A stretch of 64,000 nucleotides of DNA, taken from a virus. Under the pieces are notes generated by a model. The model saw only the letters and a program-made list of their open reading frames with translations, had not been told where the DNA came from and searched no databases. Shown here piece by piece: positions 16,167-24,149 of the stretch (its first letter is position 1; the number at the start of each line of letters is the position of its first letter). The DNA is taken from IMG/VR virus record IMGVR_UViG_3300045988_098585; one strand, written 5' to 3'. Both the position numbers and the translations under genes were made by a program.

Positions 16167-16290
16167 AGAGCCTTGTTGCGGTAATTGTATTTCATTTGCC
16201 AACGAAGGTATTTATGGTGATGGCTTTTGCTGCGATAAAGAAGAATGTACAGATTGTTGGAAATGGTGTAATAAACATAAATACAGATAA
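16150..16290 (+). CDS. Cys-rich small protein (46 aa)
   Basis: MKKENEEPCCGNCISFANEGIYGDGFCCDKEECTDCWKWCNKHKYR has 9 Cys. It ends 2 nt before the next ATG. Confidence 0.35.
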   Translation: MKKENEEPCCGNCISFANEGIYGDGFCCDKEECTDCWKWCNKHKYR

Positions 16291-16292
16291 TT

Positions 16293-16898
16293 ATGAAAAT
16301 TAAAGCAAAACAGATTAATGAGTGGGTTAAAAAAGCCTATGATAATGCTGTCAAACATGGATGGCATGAAGAAGAAAAGTCTAATGCGCATTGGTTGATG
16401 ATGGTTTGCACAGAAGTAGCAGAAGCCGTACAAGCTGACCGCAAAGGAAACTATATGGACGACTTTGACAAAGAAGGTCTTAAAACTGTACTTGTCAACG
16501 ACCATGGTGGCGGTTTGTTCAACAAATACTACTCTGATACCATCGAGGGAAAAGTAGAAAGCGAGTTGGCAGACATTTGTATTAGAATCTTTGATTTGAT
16601 GGGCGTTTGTAATATTCAGGCAAAGGACGGATTTTCCACATTTGACTCAGAGGTTAAGTATGCTAAACAGCATAGCTTTACTGAGAATGCTTTAATTGTT
16701 ACAAGAACTATTGTTTCGTGCAACCTTAACTCATCTATAAGTGTAAAGGCAGAAATGTTCTACGTCTTATATAAAAGTATTCTTTCTTCCGTATTTGAAT
16801 GGGCGGAAGCACTTGGAATCAACCTTGTACAGCATATTAATCTGAAGATGCGCTATAATGAGAGCCGTGAATATCATCACGGAGGCAAGAAGTACTAA
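16293..16898 (+). CDS. MazG-like nucleotide pyrophosphohydrolase (tentative)
   Basis: ..MMVCTEVAEAVQADRKG.. and ..ESELADICIRIFDLMG.. resemble the ExxE/ExxD MazG helices. Confidence 0.5.
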   Translation: MKIKAKQINEWVKKAYDNAVKHGWHEEEKSNAHWLMMVCTEVAEAVQADRKGNYMDDFDKEGLKTVLVNDHGGGLFNKYYSDTIEGKVESELADICIRIFDLMGVCNIQAKDGFSTFDSEVKYAKQHSFTENALIVTRTIVSCNLNSSISVKAEMFYVLYKSILSSVFEWAEALGINLVQHINLKMRYNESREYHHGGKKY

Positions 16899-16904
16899 AA
16901 GAAA

Positions 16905-16935
16905 TAAGGCGGCTGCTCTTCACGAGTAACCGCCT
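16905..16935. terminator. bidirectional hairpin between convergent operons
   Basis: AAGGCGG..(17)..CCGCCTT followed by TGTTAT. Confidence 0.55.
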
Positions 16936-16979
16936 TTGTTATCCTAACAATCTTTTACTTAAACATAACCTATTGAAAA

Positions 16980-17582
16980 CTAAGAACTATCAAAAAATTT
17001 ACATCTTTTTCTTCTTTTTATATATTGCCAAGATATCATACCTACCACGAAGAGAGGCACGAATACCGCCGTAACCTTACCTAATCGTAAGAGTGCTGCA
17101 TCTGTTTTCTTCATTGGCTTCTCTATATACACGGGATATGGCACAGAATCTTGTTTAGCCTTATTCAAGGAATCGATTTTGAGTCGATATTTGCTTAGAC
17201 TATCCTTATATGATTTATAGTAAGAAACACTATCTTTGAGCTTCTGTACAAAACTCTCGGAGTAGTTATGACTTTCGTAATGATATTTATCTTTTCTTAT
17301 TATATTTCCTTCTTTATCAACCGTTACAGAAGTGCTATCTCTGATATGGTTTGTTTCTGACTTGCTCGTTTCTTTCAGCTCACTCTGCTTACTTTGATAG
17401 AGTTCGAGTGTTGTTAAAAATCGAGCATTGAATATCGAATCCCAATGCGACTGCTTATCGCTGATATAAGTCTGTCGGGTAACCACCTTCGGGGTAGCCG
17501 TACATCCGATAACTATCTGCGTCATAAGAAACAGAAGCATTGAAATTGATAAACAATAAAACAAATCTTTAACCCTTTTCAT
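16980..17582 (-). CDS. unimolecular spanin-like lipoprotein with C-terminal TM
   Basis: N-terminal signal plus lipobox (..LFLMTQIVIGC) and a C-terminal TM helix (VTAVFVPLFVVGMISWQYI) followed by KRRKR. Last gene of the lysis cassette. Confidence 0.45.
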   Translation of the reverse strand: MKRVKDLFYCLSISMLLFLMTQIVIGCTATPKVVTRQTYISDKQSHWDSIFNARFLTTLELYQSKQSELKETSKSETNHIRDSTSVTVDKEGNIIRKDKYHYESHNYSESFVQKLKDSVSYYKSYKDSLSKYRLKIDSLNKAKQDSVPYPVYIEKPMKKTDAALLRLGKVTAVFVPLFVVGMISWQYIKRRKRCKFFDSS

Positions 17583-17585
17583 AAG

Positions 17586-18140
17586 CTATGTTGTTATATT
17601 AAAGGCTTTCAAAGCTCTCTTCCAATATTTGGTTCTGCTCGACAAGCCGTTTGTTCCACCATTAATTTTCTTTGTTACAGCAAGAATATTATTCTTATCC
17701 GCTACGGCATTCAATCCTCTTATCAGCCAATACCACATACCGCTTTTTACTGCTCCTTTCGGTTGTTCCAAGAGCTTTGGCTCTGCTACAACATCACCTT
17801 TGCAGTACTTTGAGTTCGTGTAAGCTTGATAATTCGCCCTTCCTGTTAAATGCAAGAAGCCACGACCTTTATATCTGTAGCCATCTCCCTTTTGAGTATT
17901 ACCCAACATCTTTGCGAGTTTACCGACCTCATACTTATGGCAATAGTCAGCATTACCGATTTCTCGTATATGTACCAACTCTGCGGTTTCGTGAGCCACT
18001 TGCGCAAGGAAATTTGCCATACGAATGGGAGTGTTTATATTAAAGGCATCAGCATAGGCATTGATATAAGGAAGATATGTATCAATCCTTTCTCCAGCTT
18101 TCGGCATGATGGCTTCCATTTGTTCTTTTGTTACTTTCAT
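17586..18140 (-). CDS. endolysin, glycoside hydrolase family 19
   Basis: ..FLAQVAHETAELVHIREIG...YKGRGFLHLTGRANY.. is the GH19 chitinase-like lysozyme signature. Confidence 0.85.
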   Translation of the reverse strand: MKVTKEQMEAIMPKAGERIDTYLPYINAYADAFNINTPIRMANFLAQVAHETAELVHIREIGNADYCHKYEVGKLAKMLGNTQKGDGYRYKGRGFLHLTGRANYQAYTNSKYCKGDVVAEPKLLEQPKGAVKSGMWYWLIRGLNAVADKNNILAVTKKINGGTNGLSSRTKYWKRALKAFNITT

Positions 18141-18682
18141 TTTTTACCCTCCGTTGCTTTAAATCCTTCTTCTAAGGCATCGCCAACACCTTCGCTTTTA
18201 GATTTTGCAAGGGCTACGACAAATGCTTTAATGAATCCTGTTATTGTCTTCTTCTCTACTGATACGCCACGCACAAATAAGAAATGCCCTACTATGCTTG
18301 GGATTTCTATTCTTGCCGCAATAAATGCAGTAACAACCCATCCACCCCATATGTAATTAATGTCAAGCTGCGGCAATAGAGCTTTACCAAGAGATACACC
18401 TAACATTATGTAGATAAGGTAGTCTACGAATTTATTTGCAGTTCTACGTCTTGCCCGTGATACTCTGAACTCATATCTATCCGCAAGCAGAAGATTTTTA
18501 TCTTCTAAAGCATTCTTATGGCGAAGGCTACTCTCTTCGCAGCCAAAACGATAGTCAGCGATTATGAGTAGAACGATAGCAATAAGCATCCATCGAGTAT
18601 CGAGTAACATGCAACTCAACTCATCCCCGAATAGCACCATCCCTGCTGCTCTTGTACCTGTATTTCCTATCTGTGCTACCAT
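18137..18682 (-). CDS. holin-like membrane protein
   Basis: 181 aa with several TM helices (WMLIAIVLLIIADY, LIYIMLGVSLG, GGWVVTAFIAA). ATGA overlap with the endolysin. Confidence 0.55.
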   Translation of the reverse strand: MVAQIGNTGTRAAGMVLFGDELSCMLLDTRWMLIAIVLLIIADYRFGCEESSLRHKNALEDKNLLLADRYEFRVSRARRRTANKFVDYLIYIMLGVSLGKALLPQLDINYIWGGWVVTAFIAARIEIPSIVGHFLFVRGVSVEKKTITGFIKAFVVALAKSKSEGVGDALEEGFKATEGKK

Positions 18683-18699
18683 ATTTTGTTTTTTTGTTG

Positions 18700-18707
18700 C
18701 AAAGATA
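18700..18707 (-). promoter_or_regulatory. -7 box TATCTTTG for the lysis cassette
   Basis: The minus strand reads AACTATCTTTGCAAC, with the box ending 17 nt upstream of ATG 18682. Confidence 0.55.
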
Positions 18708-18750
18708 GTTTTTTAGGTTAACATTTCGATAATAATACTGATATTCGATA

Positions 18751-18787
18751 TAAACAAATAAAGAGGAACTTATAAAAGCCCCTCTTT
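18751..18787 (-). terminator. rho-independent-type terminator
   Basis: The minus strand reads AAAGAGG..(14)..CCTCTTT followed by ATTTGTTTA. Confidence 0.55.
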
Positions 18788-18809
18788 ACGAATGATTCAA
18801 ACTGTATAT

Positions 18810-19316
18810 CTACTTCAAAAAGTATTCTCTAATATCGTATACCCCATCCTTATCTTTTAGTAGGTCAATGGCTAATCTGTAGGCATATTCTACAAGTTCC
18901 TCTTCGCTTATATCAGAAAGAGATTTCTCTCCCTTTATTGCAACTATGGTTTCCCCGTGGTCGCTTATTACCTGATTCATTGCTATATACAGCGCATAAT
19001 CATTGTAATACGGCTTATCCTCCATACAGAAGCCTAACTTCTCCATTTCATCCAACCATTCTTGCATATTCCATGTAGCTTCGGGATTCATCTTACTGAT
19101 AATATCCAACGCCTCATTCTTGGTAAGATAGTTCTTCCACTTTATAGCGCAAAGCTTATCAAGATACTCTTGCGCCAACTCTGGGTGCTTTGCTGCCATA
19201 TCTTTCATCATGCAGCGCATCGTGTTACCGAATATGTGCATATACTTCACGTTAGTTGATGATGCCATTATCCCGTAAAGTTCATCAAACTTACTCATAA
19301 TCTCTTTTGCTTCCAT
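18810..19316 (-). CDS. hypothetical protein
   Basis: 168-aa ORF. Confidence 0.55.
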   Translation of the reverse strand: MEAKEIMSKFDELYGIMASSTNVKYMHIFGNTMRCMMKDMAAKHPELAQEYLDKLCAIKWKNYLTKNEALDIISKMNPEATWNMQEWLDEMEKLGFCMEDKPYYNDYALYIAMNQVISDHGETIVAIKGEKSLSDISEEELVEYAYRLAIDLLKDKDGVYDIREYFLK

Positions 19317-19340
19317 ATTGTCTTGTATTTATATATGTGA

Positions 19341-19775
19341 TTATTCTGCTGTTATCAGACTTCTCAACTCTTCAAAATCATCCTTTGTAAAGCTGATACT
19401 CTTCTTGCTGCCAAAGAAGATAGTCGTTATGATGTTGTCGGGCAAATCAATAACCAAAGCACCGCTATCAATGCGGCCTTTAATAATTCCGAAATCAAAC
19501 TCATAATTGCTTATATTTTCCAACATCTGCATAAGGTCTGAGAATATGGTATCAGCATCTATGTTGCCGTCTTCATCGGCAATGAATAGGGTAGCGTTGT
19601 CAATGCTCTTGCCCCAACTATCCTTATTCTTTGCGATGATATTGTGCGCTGCACGTTTCATGTAGACGGAAGGAATTGCCAATGCAGGGTTCTCCTTCAC
19701 CATGTCACTTATTCTTGCGTCTGCCCACAGGTCTAACGATGTAAGCAGCTTCTCTTTAAGTTCCGTTATGTTCAT
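19341..19775 (-). CDS. hypothetical protein
   Basis: 144-aa ORF with ATGA overlap to the upstream gene. Confidence 0.55.
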   Translation of the reverse strand: MNITELKEKLLTSLDLWADARISDMVKENPALAIPSVYMKRAAHNIIAKNKDSWGKSIDNATLFIADEDGNIDADTIFSDLMQMLENISNYEFDFGIIKGRIDSGALVIDLPDNIITTIFFGSKKSISFTKDDFEELRSLITAE

Positions 19776-20266
19776 TTCTTAACTCCTCCTTTCTTTGTTT
19801 TGTTGTACCATACGAGGTATTCTTGCCAAGTCTTATCACTATGGTTAGTCATATAATCGTTGAGCATGGCAGATTTCTGCTCCTCTGCCTGTGCTACTTC
19901 TTTTCTCAGTCTTTGCATCAAGGACAAGTGTTTCTTCAATGCCTCCTGTCCTTGCTGAGTGCTTTCGATACGAGGGCGTATGATACGCAACTCCTCATCT
20001 TGCACTAACTTAGACACATATTGCAAGCTATTGACGTATTCTTGGTTTTGCATCAAGTACTGACGTTGTGCGCCCGTAAGATTGTCCTCTATCTTGTCTA
20101 TCTCATCCCAAAGTGGGGTGGAAGACTGCTGCGCTTGCATGTTGATAGATGCTCGCTTCTGCTGTATTGCCTCATACATCTTCTGTAGCTCTGCATCCAA
20201 CACCTGAGGCTGCTGTTGCTGACTTGTACCCATATCCAATAATGGGCTGTTTCCAAAATTCATCAT
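19772..20266 (-). CDS. hypothetical Q-rich coiled-coil protein
   Basis: The track start 20272 is a TTG. The first ATG is at 20266. Confidence 0.55.
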   Translation of the reverse strand: MMNFGNSPLLDMGTSQQQQPQVLDAELQKMYEAIQQKRASINMQAQQSSTPLWDEIDKIEDNLTGAQRQYLMQNQEYVNSLQYVSKLVQDEELRIIRPRIESTQQGQEALKKHLSLMQRLRKEVAQAEEQKSAMLNDYMTNHSDKTWQEYLVWYNKTKKGGVKK

Positions 20267-20389
20267 AATCAATATCTTTAAGTTGGTGATATATTACAGA
20301 GAGGTGAGAGGGCATCCACCAACGAGGGCAGACACCCCTCACCAACTCATTTCTTTTTAGTCCTTTTTACAGACTTCCTTGCTGCTCTG

Positions 20390-21121
20390 TTACGCTCCTG
20401 TAGTGGGAGTGGAGGGAGTGGAGGGAGTGGCGCAGTTACAGCCGTAGCTGCCGTAACCAGAAACTACTGGCGTAGATGGGAGTACCAACTGACCACGAAG
20501 ACAGTTACATGTCTTCTCGTTCACGTAAGCCATCATCAGCTTCTCCTTGTAAGGAGTGAGGGCTTCCATCACGGCCCCCTTCTTGTCAAGGTCGCAATAC
20601 TTTGCTTGCAACGCATCGTACTGGTCTCTCTGATTCTTGTACAGACCGAAGTCCGCATCAATCTGAGACTTGTACAGACCGAACTCAGCTCGCATTGCAC
20701 GGCGGTTCTCAGCGTTGATAGCATCTGTAGCACCCTTGTACATAGAGAACTTCTCTGCGATGTCAGTTTCACGCATAGCGTAGAACTTGTTATCAGTGTC
20801 GAGCTTCAAACCGAACATATCGGTAAGCAGCTTCACCTCATCAGCGCATTCCTTCTCCATTACCTGCAAGGCGGTTGGCTGGTTTGAGCTTGAGTTAGCT
20901 CCGTAAGTGTTGATGTTTACGTTCTCAGGCATATTGCTGCCGAGTGAACCAAACACGCTGCGGTTGTTACCGCCAAGCAACCAAGCACCTGCACCGAGTG
21001 CTGTGCCGATGATACCAAGGGTAAGACCAGCATTACCTGTTGCCTTAGAAGCATACTCATCGTGCTTCTTTCCCTCTTCGTAGATTTTCTTCTCTACGAC
21101 CTTTGCATCTGTCATTTCCAT
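20390..21121 (-). CDS. membrane-anchored protein with repeats and a Cys/Thr-Pro-rich tail
   Basis: TM segment GLTLGIIGTALGAGAWLLGG, tandem FGLYKSQIDADFGLYKNQ, and tail ..CNCLRG..GSYGCNCATPSTPSTPTTGA. Confidence 0.55.
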   Translation of the reverse strand: MEMTDAKVVEKKIYEEGKKHDEYASKATGNAGLTLGIIGTALGAGAWLLGGNNRSVFGSLGSNMPENVNINTYGANSSSNQPTALQVMEKECADEVKLLTDMFGLKLDTDNKFYAMRETDIAEKFSMYKGATDAINAENRRAMRAEFGLYKSQIDADFGLYKNQRDQYDALQAKYCDLDKKGAVMEALTPYKEKLMMAYVNEKTCNCLRGQLVLPSTPVVSGYGSYGCNCATPSTPSTPTTGA

Positions 21122-21176
21122 AATACAATCTTTTGAAATCCTTAATATTAACTAACACTATTGTAACGTTACGATG

Positions 21177-21184
21177 CAAAGGTA
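21177..21184 (-). promoter_or_regulatory. -7 box TACCTTTG
   Basis: The minus strand reads TGTACCTTTGCATC, about 55 nt upstream of ATG 21121. Confidence 0.5.
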
Positions 21185-21332
21185 CAGCGAATTAATAAGA
21201 ACAAATATAACTCTATCACACTTTCTTTTAGTGGTTGATTATCAGTGTTTTAAGGTGATAGTAGGTAATATCATTTTGAGCTAATATAGGGGGAATTAAA
21301 ATCTTTTCCAATCTTGCAAACATTGGAAAGGA

Positions 21333-21370
21333 TTGAAAACAAAAAGAGAGGCAATCACTTACCTCTCTTT
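21333..21370 (-). terminator. rho-independent terminator closing the AT-rich island
   Basis: The minus strand reads AAGAGAGG..(10)..CCTCTCTT followed by TTTGTTTT. Confidence 0.65.
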
Positions 21371-21373
21371 AGC

Positions 21374-21580
21374 TTATAAGAAACAATTAAAATACAAATA
21401 CAGTCCAACTCCGAACCACATTGTCAATACCATAGTTGACATCGTTACCCAAGCCAGGAAGAACTTATCGACCTTCTCGTACTCATGCATAATGTATAGG
21501 TATGCAATGAACGTGCAATTAATGACGACTATCATTGCTAATATAATCAAAGTCTGAGACACAAAGTCCACAATACTCAT
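21374..21580 (-). CDS. small membrane protein (68 aa)
   Basis: Trimmed to ATG 21580. MSIVDFVSQTLIILAMIVVINCTFIAYLY..MVLTMWFGVGLYLYF has two TM helices. Confidence 0.4.
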   Translation of the reverse strand: MSIVDFVSQTLIILAMIVVINCTFIAYLYIMHEYEKVDKFFLAWVTMSTMVLTMWFGVGLYLYFNCFL

Positions 21581-21617
21581 ACATACTCGCTTATCCGTGC
21601 TGCGTAGGCATAATACG

Positions 21618-21959
21618 TTAAGATTTTCTCTTACTCTTAATATAGTGAAGAATATCCCACTTCTTAAAATATCTCGTATGTCCTCGCTTCTTGCATTCAC
21701 CATTCGGAATGACACCCTTTGCAACCATCCTGTTAAGTGTAGCATCAGAAACGTGAAGCTTCTCTTTTACCTCCTCTGTGCTCATCATCGGGTTGAGCAT
21801 ATCGGGGATGATATCACACAGTCTATCCAGGTCCTCATCGCTCATTCCGCAAGCGGTGATCTTCTCTCCATTTCTCTGTTGCTCATCAGCCTTAAAGCAA
21901 GCGTCACTTAGCGACTTTAAAGCTGTTCCGAGTATCTTATAATTCAATATCTTTCCCAT
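21618..21959 (-). CDS. HTH (excisionase/MerR-like) DNA-binding protein
   Basis: Trimmed to ATG 21959. ..STEEVKEKLHVSDATLNRMVAKGVIP..RYFKKWDILHYI is an HTH_17-type motif. Confidence 0.55.
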   Translation of the reverse strand: MGKILNYKILGTALKSLSDACFKADEQQRNGEKITACGMSDEDLDRLCDIIPDMLNPMMSTEEVKEKLHVSDATLNRMVAKGVIPNGECKKRGHTRYFKKWDILHYIKSKRKS

Positions 21960-21963
21960 ATTT

Positions 21964-22470
21964 TTATGCACAGATTTTTCGTCCCAACTTGGTTTTGCTG
22001 ATAAACATGTCACAGAATCCGTAAATATAAAACATTGCCGTTACTATCATGACTGTGAAGCACGAATCAATCATATCTTGAGTTGTGTACCAACTCCACT
22101 CTACAATATGGGCAGCGTTGATACCGAAGAAGTAGAAAAATGGTATTCTATATCTCCAACACAAAAAGAAGAATCGGCTTGCTAATATCAAAACCATAGG
22201 TAAAATATAAACCATAAAATAGATGAATAAATAGCATGGAAAATTCTCATTGTTTGTTATGAACATTTCCCTTGGATGCTGGCTAAAATCCCACATTCCA
22301 TAAGCGTGTAAGCACATAATAATTATTGGAACGTACTTACAGAACCAGCGGAAGAACTTCAAGATTCTCCGTGAATATCTGTTACCATGTTTCATCAGCA
22401 AATCCATAACCTCGCTGACGTCTTTGTCTTGCAACCACCTTAATAGGTCGCCTTCGTCTTCTTTATTCAT
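21964..22470 (-). CDS. multi-pass membrane protein
   Basis: 168 aa with about 4 hydrophobic helices. Has its own TAACTTTG -7 box. Confidence 0.55.
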   Translation of the reverse strand: MNKEDEGDLLRWLQDKDVSEVMDLLMKHGNRYSRRILKFFRWFCKYVPIIIMCLHAYGMWDFSQHPREMFITNNENFPCYLFIYFMVYILPMVLILASRFFFLCWRYRIPFFYFFGINAAHIVEWSWYTTQDMIDSCFTVMIVTAMFYIYGFCDMFISKTKLGRKICA

Positions 22471-22505
22471 AATTTTCGGTTTTAAGATTCAAAATAAGAT
22501 GGTTG

Positions 22506-22513
22506 CAAAGTTA
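22506..22513 (-). promoter_or_regulatory. -7 box TAACTTTG
   Basis: The minus strand reads GTGTAACTTTGCAAC, about 35 nt upstream of ATG 22470. It lies inside a 12-bp inverted repeat pair (22491-22502 / 22571-22582). Confidence 0.5.
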
Positions 22514-22606
22514 CACTTTTGTGGCAATAACGCAAGAAAAATGTCAAATTGTTAGTGTTAAACTTTACTAAACCATCTTATTGCTATCAACAACGGCGTT
22601 TTGCTA

Positions 22607-23131
22607 TCAATCTGTTATCCAGTATGTCAAAAACACATCCAAGAATCCTGCCACCTCTGCCATATACCACACAGGCTTATATCCTTCGTCATCGTCCGAA
22701 CAGCTTACGAGTAGCAGATAGATAAGAGCTATTACGGCCGTTGGGACCCAGCATACCGACATACACCAGCCCACACACCCTGCCGCAGCTATAAGCGCAC
22801 CTCCTTTGTGAATAGGGTAGGCGTCAGCATCGAGATAGTTGGGTGCAGCACCAACAAACATCAGTCCTGCGCAACCTATGAAGGCGAGGCACTGAATGCC
22901 CTTACCTGTGGCGAGCATACATATCATCATCAGTACCGCACACGTAACCATTACAGCGGTAAATACCCATCCATAGTTTCGCTTGCGCTTATCGCCAATT
23001 ACCTCGCTACCCGTACATCTCTGTAGCTGATAATACACATCGCTTACCATCGCAGGAACGCCGAACCTCATTGCTGCGAGAAGCAGAAATCCTCCAAGTA
23101 AGAGGAAAGAAATAACACTTAGTATATACAT
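22607..23131 (-). CDS. multi-pass membrane protein
   Basis: 174 aa with about 5 TM helices, Cys-rich. Confidence 0.55.
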   Translation of the reverse strand: MYILSVISFLLLGGFLLLAAMRFGVPAMVSDVYYQLQRCTGSEVIGDKRKRNYGWVFTAVMVTCAVLMMICMLATGKGIQCLAFIGCAGLMFVGAAPNYLDADAYPIHKGGALIAAAGCVGWCMSVCWVPTAVIALIYLLLVSCSDDDEGYKPVWYMAEVAGFLDVFLTYWITD

Positions 23132-23193
23132 AGTCTTTTTATTTTAATTGTGTTAAACGTCAATATCATTTTGCTGACATCGGCAATATGATC

Positions 23194-23781
23194 CTACACA
23201 CTCATCTCAAGCATCTTCGGATAGCCTGTCTTGTAATCGTAGGCCTCTACCTCCTCAATGGTTGTTAGCTCATTTACAGTTGCCTTATGGCTTGCTGTCA
23301 CATTAAAGCACTCAAGGGCATACATTTCGAGCGCAGAGAGCAACTGAATAGCCTTGTCACAATCCACCACCAGTTTGATGCCTTTAAGCCAGAGGGTAGT
23401 TGTTTCCTGGCCTGCCGCCTTGGCAATAGTGGTGGAGTTCATCAATCCCACACGTGTTGCCTTGTCGAGCCAAACAAGCAGTCCGTTCAGCATAAAGCCG
23501 TTCACGGATGACGAGGTATCGTAGGCTATTATCTCTGCTATCTTAGCCTTTTTGGCAAGGGTCAAGGCTTTTTCTGCCCACTTATGTTTCCACGCCTCAT
23601 ACTCTCGTCGTACCTCCTGTTCATCATATTCTGATGCAGATGCAGAACCCTCGACACAAGAGTATGCGTCCATGTCTGCATCTTTAACTGCATCGAAACG
23701 AACAAGTATCTTGTTTCCTACTTTTTCTACTGCGACAAAATCCTTTGCTGTGATAAATGTCTTTACAAAATTTACTTTCAT
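23194..23781 (-). CDS. fibre-associated protein, DUF4376-like; paralogue of 25878-26423
   Basis: C-terminus TTLWLKG..YALECFNVTASHKATVNELTTIEEVEAYDYKTGYP parallels TTLWLDG..YAKDCYNVTQTHLDKVVELQTIDALIAYDITAGYP. Confidence 0.6.
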   Translation of the reverse strand: MKVNFVKTFITAKDFVAVEKVGNKILVRFDAVKDADMDAYSCVEGSASASEYDEQEVRREYEAWKHKWAEKALTLAKKAKIAEIIAYDTSSSVNGFMLNGLLVWLDKATRVGLMNSTTIAKAAGQETTTLWLKGIKLVVDCDKAIQLLSALEMYALECFNVTASHKATVNELTTIEEVEAYDYKTGYPKMLEMSV

Positions 23782-24119
23782 AACTTTTTATTTTTTAATT
23801 CAACGAGAGATGGAGAGTCGGAGAGACAAGCGTAGAACGGAATCGCCATATAATTGTTCTTCTTGATGTTGCCGTTGATAGACATAGTGAAGTAGTAGCT
23901 GCCGATGGCGTTGGCCTGGGTTGAAGTCCATTTATAATAACTGAACGTTGTCTTGCTGACATTGAGGTCTGGATATTTCTTATTGATAGCGTCTATCACG
24001 ATATCAATATTCTGCCATGTCAGCTCCCATTGGTTAGCTGTCGGCAGGTAGCCTTGATAAAGCTTATCTCCATTCGTAATCGTAGAACTATAGCAATAAT
24101 CAGCAGCAGCCGTAGTCAA
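23778..24119 (-). CDS. DUF1566/lectin-like domain ORF, in frame with the upstream fibre ORF
   Basis: No ATG (track M is TTG 24119). ..AADYCYS..GYLPTANQWELTW..YYKWTSTQ resembles the DUF1566 signature. It is separated from 24150-25865 only by a TAG plus 10 open codons. Confidence 0.5.
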   Translation of the reverse strand: MTTAAADYCYSSTITNGDKLYQGYLPTANQWELTWQNIDIVIDAINKKYPDLNVSKTTFSYYKWTSTQANAIGSYYFTMSINGNIKKNNYMAIPFYACLSDSPSLVELKNKKL

Positions 24120-24149
24120 CTCACGCTCGTCACCTTCCGCTATGATGGT

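Noticed and set aside
21374-21745. Full-length 123-aa version of ORF 21374-21745 overlapping the HTH gene.
   Set aside because: It overlaps 21618-21959 by 128 nt in another frame. Only the part from ATG 21580 (two TM helices) is non-overlapping and protein-like.
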